A stretch of 64,000 nt of DNA from a virus, in the IMG/VR virus record IMGVR_UViG_3300044802_000046, positions 3,568 through 67,567 of that record. The stretch is one strand, 5' to 3'. The notes under the pieces were generated by a model. It saw nothing but the letters and a program-made list of their open reading frames with translations. It did not search any database and had not been told where the DNA came from. Positions within the stretch are counted from its first letter, which is position 1, and each line of letters starts with the position of its first letter. Position numbers and translations under genes: made by a program. This document shows positions 18,019-29,400 of the stretch, in pieces.

Positions 18019-21000
18019 TTATCTTGACTCTCTTATAGCTCTGCCTTTCTGGCGTCTTGACATCTTATCTTCCACTGTAAGTTTGCCATACAGTCTATTT
18101 AAATCCTGAGTTACTCTAAATCTACTTTTTGAATTATATGAATTTATAAACATATCTGCATTTTCATTGACTATTTTACCGTATTTATCATCCATTTTAT
18201 TTGAAGTAACATAATCTATGACTTTTTTAAGTTTATTAAATTCGGTTTTATTCTTTTCATAGAAGTTTACGCGGTCTTTTAAATCATTGTCCGAGATATA
18301 TTTCTTCATCTCTGCGGAGCCTTCTTTTTTGAATATATCATTTATCTTAGTCATATCACTTGACAACTTATTTATAGTGTTGACTGATTGGTACTCTTTA
18401 GGTATTTCTCCAGATGACCTTATGGTGGCCAAAGTACTTTCCGCTAATCTTGCGGCGGCAGTATTTATCTCTTTGACTACTTTTTGTCTTATATCTCTAT
18501 CCATTTTAACCTTTTCAAGTTCAGTAAGTTTACTTCTAAGTTCAGTTATCTCTTTAGCTGTTTTAGCTATCAAATATTTATACTTAAAAAGCTTCCTGTC
18601 TTGATCAGTTATGTTTCGAGGATTTATCTTATTCTTCTCTCCAAAACTCAATGTCTTTTCAACTGAAGACAATCTCTTATATTCATCGTAAAATTCCTGA
18701 ACACTTACGCCTCCAAGTCCAGTCGTACTTGACCTTGTAAATAACCTTCCTATGATTGGATAATCAGCTCTTTCTTTATATTGCTTTGGAAAAGCATTTA
18801 GAATATCAGTTGCTAGTCCTCCTGTATATCCGCTAAGTAAATGATCTATATTTAATGGCGCTACATTTAGCACTTCTCCTAGTTTAATGGCTAATTTGCT
18901 AGAATGAGATGTGTATTGTTGTGGGGGTAATAATCCTTCTTGACTCATAGATACGATAGGGCCATCTCTAAATATATCCCAATTGAAATATACTTCCATA
19001 GCTGGTTTTACAAGGGCGGGAAGAGCGGGAGGAGCTACTGCTCCAACAGATTCTTCAGCGGCCTTTTTGAAGTATGTAGGATCTTTTGTATATAATGAAT
19101 TGGCTATACCTTCTGGAATAGCTCCGAATAGGTACCCCCATTCGAAAGGCTTAGAAAGACGGACTATTTCATCTCCTATTTTAAAATTGAAGAATCCGTA
19201 CTTTTGCCAGTCTGGAAGATTTTTATACCAATCTTCATCTTTGTGCATATACCATAAAGCTAATGTAGGAGCTGTCATCCATGCCATAGCTCTGAATCCT
19301 GACCTTACCGGATGTTCATATATAGTACGCCCCATTCGGCTTAATCCCTGTATTGACGGGTTGAAAAATGGCACAATTTGATTTATAACCGCAGCGTAAG
19401 ATCCAGCACGTTTAAAGTTAACCGTAACTTCATTTGCTGCATTGGAAGCTTCGATCGCTGCATCTTCTTTCAACTTCTTAAGCTCGACTAAATCTCCGTC
19501 GGATTGCGCTTTATCAAATAGCAGTTCATATTTTTTCATTACAGATTCGAACTCTGCCATCCTAGTTCCGGCTTCAGTAAATGATAATATTTTTCTGAGC
19601 GCTTCTATCGGATGCTTTACAACGTTTAACGCTTTTCTCTGTACGTTGTCAGCTAAAATCTCTTCTACTGTATTTTTAAGCATCTTTCTATCGAGCCCTA
19701 ATGGCTGAGCCATCTCTCCGCCCGATCTTTTAAATGCTTGAGTATACTTCCCTTTACCGACCAGTTCTTCTATAATAGCTTTCCCAACATTGCCTACTCT
19801 GGAAGTGCCGGTATACTCATTCTGTAAAACAAAAGTTTGAAAATCTCGAATAGGGTTGGTTATTAAAGAAAATCCAGCTCTAATACCTGTAGCTCCAAGC
19901 CTAACTAGCCTGGAAGCTGACCCGAATGTACTGTCAATAAACCAAGGTAAGGTCACGTTATCCAATCCTTTCATAGAATCGTATAAATCCTTATGTAATT
20001 GATAAAATTCTCTTTTACCATCTTTATAAATAGAGACGATATTATCTTTTCCGTAATAATCTCCCTGAGAAAATAAATTTATAAGTGAACTTTTATCTAC
20101 TGATGACAGATCTCCTCCAAGCGACTCTATTTGCTTGGATATATCTTCCAGTTCAATTATTGTCTTTTTTAATGGCGCCGGAACCTTTTCAATCCACTTT
20201 CCGGCACCTGAATATTTATCGGCTAAATCAACGAGAGCACGAGAAACTCTTGCCTTGTCAGCAACGCTTATTATTTGCTCTGTCATGGCAATCATTGACT
20301 CAAGTGGATCTACAATTTCCCTTCCACTACCTTTTATTTTTTTTATGGGGCTTCCTAAGTCAACAAACCCTTTACCAGTTGCGGCAGATACTCCTTGATC
20401 AACAAAAGATCTTTTAAGTGGAATGTAGAAAGGATTGGACGCTCTCATTATATCTGCGGCCTCCCTTGATAGCCCTCCAGCATCCACTAAGTAATCCACT
20501 AAATGAGATGACCATTGAGTAAAATCTTGAGAGAATTGTTCGTATTCTGGCTTGGCATTGTTTTTTAATACATATTCTGCATCAACACGACTTATGCCAG
20601 GGTTTATGCCTCTATCTAATAATGTAATTGCATGTTTCGAATAAGCATATGCAATTGCATTTTTAATATCTTTTGAAACTGGAGTAACCACATCTTTTAA
20701 ACTCTCTCCGGTTTTATTTAATTGAAAATCGAACGAACCGTCCATTATGAATTGCCTGGCCTTGGCTGAAGCTGTTTTAGCTACACTCATGGCTATTTCA
20801 TAAGGATCTTCACTCGACCTTATTTTACCTTCACCAATTATTTTATTTACAACATATTTTAAAGGGTACAGTCTGTTTGTAAATCTTCCCCTAACTTTAA
20901 TATCAAAAGATCCTAATCTTTCCTTTAAGGATAAGTCGGATTTAAGGCCGTTAAAATCAACTTGACTCAATACTCTATTTAAAGAACCTTGTTCTCTCCA

Positions 21001-24000
21001 TTTTGTTATTGAACTAGTCGCTTCTGAAATTATTTTTTTTTCAGTAGGATTTTTTGATAAAATTTCCTTTTCAAAATAGTCATGAAATTTTGGTGCGACA
21101 TCTTGACTGTCCCCAATAGTGAGATAGTGCCGAATAAACTCCGCGAAACCCTCATTGACTCTTTTTTTAGATTGATCATAATCGAGACTCTTTAATTCAT
21201 TTTTAAGATCATTAGGAACCGAATTTGATATATCTAATTTCTTGTCTATGAAATGGGCAACTTCATGAGACGTAGTTGCTAAGTCATTGTATTCTTTTGT
21301 TCTAATGACTTCGGGATGAACTTTAAATATCCCTAACGCTTTCTTCCTTATTTTACCAATCCTTATTGGAACGCCAAGCTCTTTAGACAATTTACTTATA
21401 ATGGTCGAAGCTTTAATAGGTTCAGATTTTGGCTCTGTAGACACGGGAATAAAAGCCTTACTTTCCAAGCTTTGTTCGGTTTCTTTTATGGCTTTTTTAG
21501 TTGACTCTACTGATTGAATTTTATCCGGATTTACTTTATGGATAATACCATCCTCTGTTTTTACCTTATACCTACCATCGGATTCTTTTGACATTACTTC
21601 TCCAATACGATTATTTTTAATCATATCTTTAAAACCAATTTGCTCTCCAATTTTAGGCTCAATAACTTTAGATGGCGCTTTTTCTCCTCCTATCATTCGG
21701 TAAGATCCATCTGGCATCTTTTCAGCCTCCTTTGATTTAACCAAAGAGTCCCATAATCCCTTAGCTGAACCTGATATTTTATCAGGACGGTCGGATTTTA
21801 CAACTTTACCTTCCGATTGAGCCTGTTTGTTTAATTCACGATAAATTTGTTTCCCATATCCCTTACCCTTCTCATTTACCATTACGTATTTAACTTCCCA
21901 ACCTTCCGGCTTTTCTTCTATATGAACTTCTCCAAGTTCCTTTCCGTCTTTCTTGATTTCTCTTGAGAAAACATTTTTATCCCCGGTAGACAATATCTTT
22001 TTCATCGCCTCCGGAGTTTTTGTTTTCTCTCCAATTTCAACTTTTCCAGTTTTCGTACCGGCAGGTTCTGGCTCGGCCATTCCCTCCGGCACAAACTCTG
22101 GTATTTCCTCTATTTCTTCCGGGACCTTCTTTTCTCCTCCAGACTTACCGCTACCGCTTGCTTGTCCGCCTTCTCCTTCCCGAACTTTCTCTTTGTTGCC
22201 GCGTACGTCTTCCCTTTGTGGAATTCGCTTATGTTCTGGCTCACTACTTTCTGAGACTTTCCTTTTTTGAGTGGCATCTTCTATCCCTTTCTCAATTTTG
22301 GTTTCTTTTTCACCACTACCTGTCCCGATCCGCTCGGTGGCGCCGGAATTGTTTTTCCCTTGGGCTTCATTTGAGCCATACTCCCCTTGGAGATCCCTTT
22401 TTTTAACTTTTTCATTTTTTACTCCTTTTTTACTTACCAGCTTTTGCCCCTTGACTTCATTTTCGACTTTGGAGCCTTTTTGGGTGCCGGGACTTCCTTT
22501 CCCACTCTTGTTTTTGGTTTTGACAGGTTGTAAGTTCCCTTGCTCCCCGATACTCCCTTTTCCTTTTTCATACTCTTTACTTTTTAATTGTTCTTGTTTA
22601 TTTAATTCAAATATATCTAAAGGTTTAGACATTTCATTTTTAGCCTCGGCTGAAAGGCTTTTTTTACGACTCTCTAGCCCTTCTATTAATAAGGGCTTAT
22701 TTTCTTCTGGAATCGATGTATTTTCCTTCAGAGTTTGAATTTCCTTATCGACATTTGATATTTCATTTATTGAAGGCTCAGATGCTTTTATCCTAGGATC
22801 GTTTTTAGCGACAAATTGATTTACTTTTTCAGTGTAAAAATCCTTTTCAGGATCAGATAATTTAGGATCTTCTTTAATTCCTCTTATAAAGGTTTCAGGG
22901 TCGGATAATATTTGTTTCCCGATAGCTTTTACGTCAATATAACCATCCAAAGTCTGAGAAGATAATTCTAGCTCTTCTTTTTTCTTAGGATCTTTTTCAT
23001 TTTTTATCTGATCGTCTAGTTTTATCTGCTCTTCCCTGAGTTGCTCAACGGTCTTAGGTATGTCGTGAATCTTACTTACATCTTCAATAGATGAAGTGAA
23101 GAACTTATCAGATGCACTTTTCTGCTTAGATTCCAGATTTTCTTTAACAGATTTACCTAATAATAGATCCATGCCTAATCCTAAAACCCCACTGGCTACT
23201 ATTTCTTTAGGATTTAACTTTCCAGACATGTATTGTTCGGTCGCGGTCATTCCTCCGAATAATGTACCGCTAGAAAGAGAGGATGCTAATTTTGATGCAA
23301 AATTACTTCCGGTCACTCCTTTTATATACCCACCAGCTTCAGATGATAGGTAACCGAAAGAGTGCATTAATGATCCTTCGATAGCGCCCACCCCGGCAGC
23401 CTTCAATGTTTCTGTTAGTTTATTGGCTTCTGGATTTTCTTGGCTATCTAATTCTTGATATTTATTCAGAGCGTTTGTAGCAGCCATGTACGGAACTATC
23501 CCAGGAATAGACTTAACTAATCCGCCTGTAGCGGCTCCAATATAAGACAACTTAGTCTCTGGAGCTAATACCATTAACGGAAGATCTATTAAAGCACTCC
23601 CAGCTCCTTCCGCAACCATCCCAGCTATATTTCCCGGAGCTTTTGTTTTTGCATTTTTCAGACTCTCATCTATTTTATCGGCCATCTGACCAAAAGTGCC
23701 GGACATAGGGATCTTAGTTACATCACTTATGATTCTGGCCGCTCCATCCATAGTTCTTAATGTAGTTGCCGTGGCTTTATTTATACCATGAACAAATCCC
23801 CACATATAACTATCCTCAGGCTTAAAGGCGGACTGCTCATCATTTTTTTGCTTTAGAAATCTTTTAAAATCTACTTGGCTAAGTAATTCCTCCTGATCCT
23901 TTGGCTGTAATATCTTTTGTGGATTTTGGTTATGGTTCTCCTCTGGCGATATAGAAAATTCCTTATTAAACTCCTCAACGGATCGTGGTTTTTCATAAAC

Positions 24001-24417
24001 CTTCTGGCGTATCTTATCTTCTTTTTTATTGACTTGTATCAATGGTTTTTCAGAAAGAGTACTCAACACTGTCTCTTCCTGGTTATATTGTGGTTTTTGT
24101 TTTGGAGATCCTACAGTTCTAAAATCAGTACTTTGTGATTTCGATGTATTTTCCTGACCAACTAATCCTGATTGAGAATTTTCCTGAGAGATATCCGAAG
24201 ATACGCTTGAAGAGTCTTTTTTTTTTAAAGGTTTTGCTCCGGGGTATTCCTTTAAGAAACCATCAACCTCTTCTTTAGGGATATCAAAAGTATCTTTTCC
24301 GGAAACGTAACTCTCAACTTCCTGAGCCTTTGGATATGCCTTTAAGAAGCCGTCTGATTCAGATTCAGGGATATCAAAAACATCTTTACCGACTTTATAT
24401 GTCTTGGTATTAGGCAT
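18019..24417 (-). CDS. large ejection/polyvalent protein (GNAT-like, zincin MPTase-like and LPD38-like domains)
   Basis: KGKGYGKQIY (GNAT), SHEVAH...EGFAEF (zincin), YKNLPDWQK...KPFEWG...IDHLLSGYTGGL (LPD38-like). Confidence 0.75.
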   Translation of the reverse strand: MPNTKTYKVGKDVFDIPESESDGFLKAYPKAQEVESYVSGKDTFDIPKEEVDGFLKEYPGAKPLKKKDSSSVSSDISQENSQSGLVGQENTSKSQSTDFRTVGSPKQKPQYNQEETVLSTLSEKPLIQVNKKEDKIRQKVYEKPRSVEEFNKEFSISPEENHNQNPQKILQPKDQEELLSQVDFKRFLKQKNDEQSAFKPEDSYMWGFVHGINKATATTLRTMDGAARIISDVTKIPMSGTFGQMADKIDESLKNAKTKAPGNIAGMVAEGAGSALIDLPLMVLAPETKLSYIGAATGGLVKSIPGIVPYMAATNALNKYQELDSQENPEANKLTETLKAAGVGAIEGSLMHSFGYLSSEAGGYIKGVTGSNFASKLASSLSSGTLFGGMTATEQYMSGKLNPKEIVASGVLGLGMDLLLGKSVKENLESKQKSASDKFFTSSIEDVSKIHDIPKTVEQLREEQIKLDDQIKNEKDPKKKEELELSSQTLDGYIDVKAIGKQILSDPETFIRGIKEDPKLSDPEKDFYTEKVNQFVAKNDPRIKASEPSINEISNVDKEIQTLKENTSIPEENKPLLIEGLESRKKSLSAEAKNEMSKPLDIFELNKQEQLKSKEYEKGKGSIGEQGNLQPVKTKNKSGKGSPGTQKGSKVENEVKGQKLVSKKGVKNEKVKKRDLQGEYGSNEAQGKNNSGATERIGTGSGEKETKIEKGIEDATQKRKVSESSEPEHKRIPQREDVRGNKEKVREGEGGQASGSGKSGGEKKVPEEIEEIPEFVPEGMAEPEPAGTKTGKVEIGEKTKTPEAMKKILSTGDKNVFSREIKKDGKELGEVHIEEKPEGWEVKYVMVNEKGKGYGKQIYRELNKQAQSEGKVVKSDRPDKISGSAKGLWDSLVKSKEAEKMPDGSYRMIGGEKAPSKVIEPKIGEQIGFKDMIKNNRIGEVMSKESDGRYKVKTEDGIIHKVNPDKIQSVESTKKAIKETEQSLESKAFIPVSTEPKSEPIKASTIISKLSKELGVPIRIGKIRKKALGIFKVHPEVIRTKEYNDLATTSHEVAHFIDKKLDISNSVPNDLKNELKSLDYDQSKKRVNEGFAEFIRHYLTIGDSQDVAPKFHDYFEKEILSKNPTEKKIISEATSSITKWREQGSLNRVLSQVDFNGLKSDLSLKERLGSFDIKVRGRFTNRLYPLKYVVNKIIGEGKIRSSEDPYEIAMSVAKTASAKARQFIMDGSFDFQLNKTGESLKDVVTPVSKDIKNAIAYAYSKHAITLLDRGINPGISRVDAEYVLKNNAKPEYEQFSQDFTQWSSHLVDYLVDAGGLSREAADIMRASNPFYIPLKRSFVDQGVSAATGKGFVDLGSPIKKIKGSGREIVDPLESMIAMTEQIISVADKARVSRALVDLADKYSGAGKWIEKVPAPLKKTIIELEDISKQIESLGGDLSSVDKSSLINLFSQGDYYGKDNIVSIYKDGKREFYQLHKDLYDSMKGLDNVTLPWFIDSTFGSASRLVRLGATGIRAGFSLITNPIRDFQTFVLQNEYTGTSRVGNVGKAIIEELVGKGKYTQAFKRSGGEMAQPLGLDRKMLKNTVEEILADNVQRKALNVVKHPIEALRKILSFTEAGTRMAEFESVMKKYELLFDKAQSDGDLVELKKLKEDAAIEASNAANEVTVNFKRAGSYAAVINQIVPFFNPSIQGLSRMGRTIYEHPVRSGFRAMAWMTAPTLALWYMHKDEDWYKNLPDWQKYGFFNFKIGDEIVRLSKPFEWGYLFGAIPEGIANSLYTKDPTYFKKAAEESVGAVAPPALPALVKPAMEVYFNWDIFRDGPIVSMSQEGLLPPQQYTSHSSKLAIKLGEVLNVAPLNIDHLLSGYTGGLATDILNAFPKQYKERADYPIIGRLFTRSSTTGLGGVSVQEFYDEYKRLSSVEKTLSFGEKNKINPRNITDQDRKLFKYKYLIAKTAKEITELRSKLTELEKVKMDRDIRQKVVKEINTAAARLAESTLATIRSSGEIPKEYQSVNTINKLSSDMTKINDIFKKEGSAEMKKYISDNDLKDRVNFYEKNKTEFNKLKKVIDYVTSNKMDDKYGKIVNENADMFINSYNSKSRFRVTQDLNRLYGKLTVEDKMSRRQKGRAIRESR

Positions 24418-24419
24418 TA

Positions 24420-25784
24420 TTACTTCCTTTTATATTTATCAAAATTAGTCTTTTTAACTACACTTTGAGCCTTTTCTTCCTCCGGTTGTTGCCCTGCTTT
24501 TGGTTTTATTTCCATTGGAATATCTTCTACATCTTTCGCTAATTTAGGAAATCTAGTCTTAAGCTTAGTCTTAAGTTCTGGGGTTAAATCTAAACCTATA
24601 CTTCCGTAATCTCCCTTAGTAACTAAGACTGGTTTTATATAGAAATTGTTTTTTAATCCACCTTTTTCATTCAGGTAATTTTTGCCAGAAGCCAAAAGTC
24701 CAGTTCCGGCTATAGGAACATATTTAATATAAGGATCTACTAGCGGTATATCCTGTCCGATATTAGCTTTTTTCTTCTCTCCTGTTTCCATATCAAAATA
24801 TTGCCTAGAAGAAACTACTCCATACCTTCCAGTTGGTAAATCTACCCCTCCCCATACGTCTACATCTTCTGGATTATCAGCACTACCTTTTATTTGAATC
24901 TTATCTGAAGGGCTATCGTAATTAATAGAACTGACAACTCTTTGTCCTGATCCGGATCTGCTTGGAAGTCGAGTAGTATTCTTATTCTCTTTTACGGCAT
25001 ACTTCCCGGCTGTATCATAATTCCAATCAGCAATAGCGTCTCCCAACTTATCCGACCCTTGATGCTTATCAAGATATTTTTTCTTTTCTTCAATAGGTAG
25101 TTTCGAGAAATCTTCAGTAACCGTCCGGTACAATCCAATATTTTTAGGATCAAATAAATCATTCTTTATTTGGGACTTAATTTCGTCTTCCGACATGGCT
25201 ACCTTGCCAGTATGAACATTACCGGTTGGATCAGTAAACGTCTTTTCCTTCAATCCGAGCCAATTTTTTCCCTCGTAATAACCCTTTCTATCTCCTATTC
25301 TTGGTGGTAATAAAATATCGTCATCAAGTTCGCCTGTTTTCTGCCATTTGTCAATCTTGTTCTTAAAATTTGCCCTATCGTATTTTATACCGTATGGATC
25401 ATTCTGAATAATCTTAGCCGCTTGAGCATATTGTTGCTGATTCGCTTTCAATTTTTGCTGCCATCCATACAAAGCTTGTTTATGATTTTGAATATCAATT
25501 TGATCATCTAACGTTGGCTTATTTTCTGATCTATGATATACATTTGTAAGAAAATCCTGAAACTCCTTAATCTTATCCCCCTGTTCTTTTTGCCAATAAG
25601 AGGACATGTTAAAAACAGGATCAACCTTAGCTTGTTTTAAATAACTAGCTTCGGATTCCTTTCTATCTTGACGTTCATTTTCTTGGTCTTGGCGATAGTT
25701 ATTTACAAGCTGCCCCAGTTGCTTGCTGATATTAATATTTATAGGAGTTTCCTTCGGAGATCGCGTGTAACTAGTTATTGCCAT
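24420..25784 (-). CDS. putative ejection (cargo) protein
   Basis: Helical Q/K-rich protein between pilot-like and large ejection genes. Confidence 0.55.
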   Translation of the reverse strand: MAITSYTRSPKETPININISKQLGQLVNNYRQDQENERQDRKESEASYLKQAKVDPVFNMSSYWQKEQGDKIKEFQDFLTNVYHRSENKPTLDDQIDIQNHKQALYGWQQKLKANQQQYAQAAKIIQNDPYGIKYDRANFKNKIDKWQKTGELDDDILLPPRIGDRKGYYEGKNWLGLKEKTFTDPTGNVHTGKVAMSEDEIKSQIKNDLFDPKNIGLYRTVTEDFSKLPIEEKKKYLDKHQGSDKLGDAIADWNYDTAGKYAVKENKNTTRLPSRSGSGQRVVSSINYDSPSDKIQIKGSADNPEDVDVWGGVDLPTGRYGVVSSRQYFDMETGEKKKANIGQDIPLVDPYIKYVPIAGTGLLASGKNYLNEKGGLKNNFYIKPVLVTKGDYGSIGLDLTPELKTKLKTRFPKLAKDVEDIPMEIKPKAGQQPEEEKAQSVVKKTNFDKYKRK

Positions 25785-25786
25785 TA

Positions 25787-26458
25787 TTAAAAATTAGGAG
25801 TTGAAGCAAAATTACCTATCTGGCTTGCTTGACTTGATAATGGCTTATTAGCCATACTTGTCCATGGGTTTGATGATTGAGCCGAAGACCCTCCTTCTGA
25901 TCCGCCAAACATAGACGCGCCGCTCATTGCAGCTCCCGCCACTGAATTTAATCCGCTATTCAAAGTTTGCTGGCCAGATTCGTATTGGCCTATTGCTTTG
26001 TTATACTGTCTCTGCCACGGAGAGTTTACATTATATTCAAATTCCTGATCAGCATATTGAGCAGACTTCTGGAATGCCTGACCGAGCCTATCTTGATTCG
26101 ATTGATAATATTGAGCTTGCTGCATGGCTAAATTATTATGCGCGCCTACTTCGGATTGATATAATTTCTGAATAGCTCCGGCATCTAATTGACCGGTCTC
26201 TTCCAGTTTTGAGATTGTGGATTGAGTAGACTGTTGATTATTCTGCTCCATCTGAGTCTGGCCAGGCATATTTGAATTAGCATTCGTCTTAGCCATTTCA
26301 AGATACTGCTTAATTTCATCAGGACGAGAATATACTGGGCGATTACTTTCAAGATCAGACATTTTTTTGTTAGCCTGACTAGATTTTGTACCTCCGTAAA
26401 TAGATTGCCCGATACCAACCGCTGCGCCAATTCCAGCAGAAATTAATGGTGATGCCAT
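25787..26458 (-). CDS. putative ejection/pilot protein
   Basis: Gly/Ala hydrophobic N-terminus followed by Gln-rich helices. Confidence 0.6.
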   Translation of the reverse strand: MASPLISAGIGAAVGIGQSIYGGTKSSQANKKMSDLESNRPVYSRPDEIKQYLEMAKTNANSNMPGQTQMEQNNQQSTQSTISKLEETGQLDAGAIQKLYQSEVGAHNNLAMQQAQYYQSNQDRLGQAFQKSAQYADQEFEYNVNSPWQRQYNKAIGQYESGQQTLNSGLNSVAGAAMSGASMFGGSEGGSSAQSSNPWTSMANKPLSSQASQIGNFASTPNF

Positions 26459-26471
26459 AATCCTTTTTTTA

Positions 26472-26479
26472 CAAAATTA
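26472..26479 (-). promoter_or_regulatory. -7 promoter element TAATTTTG
   Basis: Intergenic, before ATG 26458. Confidence 0.5.
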
Positions 26480-26491
26480 ATCATTTTTAAA

Positions 26492-29400
26492 TTAGTATTT
26501 ATCACTAAGATCCCAGCCAACTTGAGATTCCAATACCCAAACTTCGGCATCTTCTAAATTTTCCATTTGATGCTTAATGTAAAAACCTCGAAGCTCATCA
26601 CCATTAAATAAATCTAGCACTGACGGTGTATTAGAAGTAGTCTTCATATTATTCAAATAGGCCGCGCTAAAACTGCCTTCCTTAAGCTCAAAATGATTTG
26701 TCTTAAGAAGACTGGACATGCCACGCGTATACGTAGCGTCAGATTCGATTATTATTAATGGGACATCCCACGCTTTATTAGACTTTATACCCAATACCTT
26801 AAATACCTTTTTAAGTATTGGATTAGCGTTACTATACCAATTAATCTGTTGTTTATATTTAGTTCCGTAAAAATTAGCCCGAACTACATTATTGGAATTA
26901 TGCTTATACCCCATTACTCCAGAAAAAGACAATAAAGTGGTGCCTAAAGAGGAATAATGATCTGGCATAAAAGAATAAAAACTTATCCATCTTGGTTTCG
27001 CCCCTTCAATATTTGGATCATAAAAACCAATTGTCTCGGAATTGACCCCCATGATAAATGTAAGTACATACATTTTATTCTCTTCGTCGTACGCTCCTCT
27101 TACGTCGGCATTAGCTATTCCAAAAGATGCGATTTGACTAGCCTTAGATCTAAAATAAGTACGCATTCCATATTCAGAAACAGGATATTGACCATTTGGA
27201 GATGTTCGGATAACTTCGCCTCTATAATAATCAAAATAATATATATCCCTATTGTGAACAACGACGGATCTTGGAAATATAGTCCCTCTGTCTTCGTCAT
27301 ACTTATTGGCTGTTCCGAGCAATGCTGTTGACTTAACAACATTTGATGTATTATCGGCATTCTGCATTTCAGTTCGACTTATGTAAATCGAAGTCTCCTT
27401 TCTATCCTGGAGAACCTTCATAACATTTCCGACTTCTTTCAAAATGTTTATCGATCCAAATTTGGATTTTAACGTTTCGAGATCTTCTGATTTGAATTGA
27501 TTTAATTTATTAACCTTGGTATTTTCAAGTAATGATCCAGAATTTCTCATACCCGAAATAAGCTCCTCTTCCTTCGCATCTGCATCAAATAGTCCAGGCA
27601 TTCCGAGTCCATAACTATTAGATTCGTAATAATCAGAATAATTATCATCTACGGATGGATATAGATATTTAGCAAACCTTTCTTTTAAATAAGAGTCTCC
27701 AGGATTGCACAATACGATAGCAGGGGAAGATACTGGAGATGCGGGATTTTGATTTTGAATATTCCCTATATGATAATTACTGGAAGTACCCGGATTCCCT
27801 ATAGAGCCAAAATATACCGGAAAATAATATGGATTCGAAGATTCTTTTTTGGGACTATACAACTCCATAACAAAGTCTGAAGTTATATTTCTATCCACGA
27901 CGGATAATGCAGGAACGTCGAGTCTAGTTATTTGAACTATAACAACTTGACTATATGGAGCACTGACTTTGTTTCCGCTTGAATCTGTTATATATGATGG
28001 TGTTGCGGCATAATCTTTTTCGTATTGACTATCTACTTCCGGATACTCGGTACCTTTAATTAAAAAATCATAATTAAATGAACTAATATCGCCACTATGT
28101 ATCTTGATCCTATCTCCATCTGTAAAAACATAATTATTTATTTTTAAGTTGGTATCAATTTCTCGACTATCGTTTATAAGTCTATTGACCTGTATTCTTA
28201 AATAATTGTCAATTTCATCAAAATACGCATATCCAGAAGCCACGGTACCTGCATACTCAGTAGCTCTAGCAAGTAATTTTACATAGCTATTTATAATTAT
28301 CCTCTTAGTGAATACTAAAGCATAAAAATATGCATATTCAGGAGGCTTATTCCTAATACTACATGTTAGATCGTAATAATAACTTTGACCATACATGCTT
28401 TCGACTGCAATAGGAGTACTGAATTTATTTACAGATGAATACCTTAAATCTTTATCGTAATATCGTATTCCGCCAAGATAATAGTCCTCATTTTTCATCG
28501 TCTTATAAGTACTATTCAGCCCAGAAGTATACCCAATCGGAATAGTTATAAAATATGGAATCGTAGAACTACTTGGACCTTGATCCACTTCCATACCTAC
28601 GGATATGTAATAATACGCAGGACTCGTATTGTGTTTAACACTAGGATCAGTCCAACCTAATCTATTTGTTATTGATTTCCTTATCCTGTATTTTATATTT
28701 AAAGCCAAAGCTTTCAATATAGACTGTTCGGTATCTCCAGGTTTTGATACATAGTACACTGTAATGTTAAATGCCTTAAATGTTAAATCTTCACTACCGT
28801 AATCTGTACTAGCTATATTTAATATTATGCCATAAAAAGTATTTATAGGATATGAGGGCCATCTAACCCTCCATCCATCTGAAGCTAAAGACACGATCAT
28901 GGAAGAGCTTTCAACAGTAAATGTGGCTAAATTCCTGTTTACAGTAGTCAATATATCTAACACCGTATGGTCAAACCCTTCGGTTATATCCCCGTAAATA
29001 ATCCTATCCTTTTCTATTAACTCCTGTGTTCCGGCTAATTTAGGAAGAAAATCATATGGTCTAGCTAAATCATCTTGATCTACATTTTGCTTTACCTTAT
29101 CGTCTAGGAATACATAGTTCATAAATTCAGTAAGGGAAAATGTGTAAGGGGCTGAGGGAACTGATTTCTTATATATACTTCCGTTATAAACACAAGCATA
29201 AATACTTCCATTAGAAGCAACCGCCATTCCTTCCCATAGTCTAGTGGCTTGGCCTTGATCTATAAAATTTCCGGTACCGGCAAACTGGATGTAAATACCG
29301 CTGCCTTCAACACATGCATATATGTTTCCGAACGAGTCGCATGTCATGCCCTCCCAATTACGAGCGCTTTGCCCTAAGGCTATAAAATTACCAGATCCAG

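Noticed and set aside
18287-24138. Plus-strand ORFs antisense to the large ejection gene, and similar ones across the late region
   Set aside because: Shadow ORFs of long genes with Ser/Phe/Leu-rich antisense composition and no motifs.
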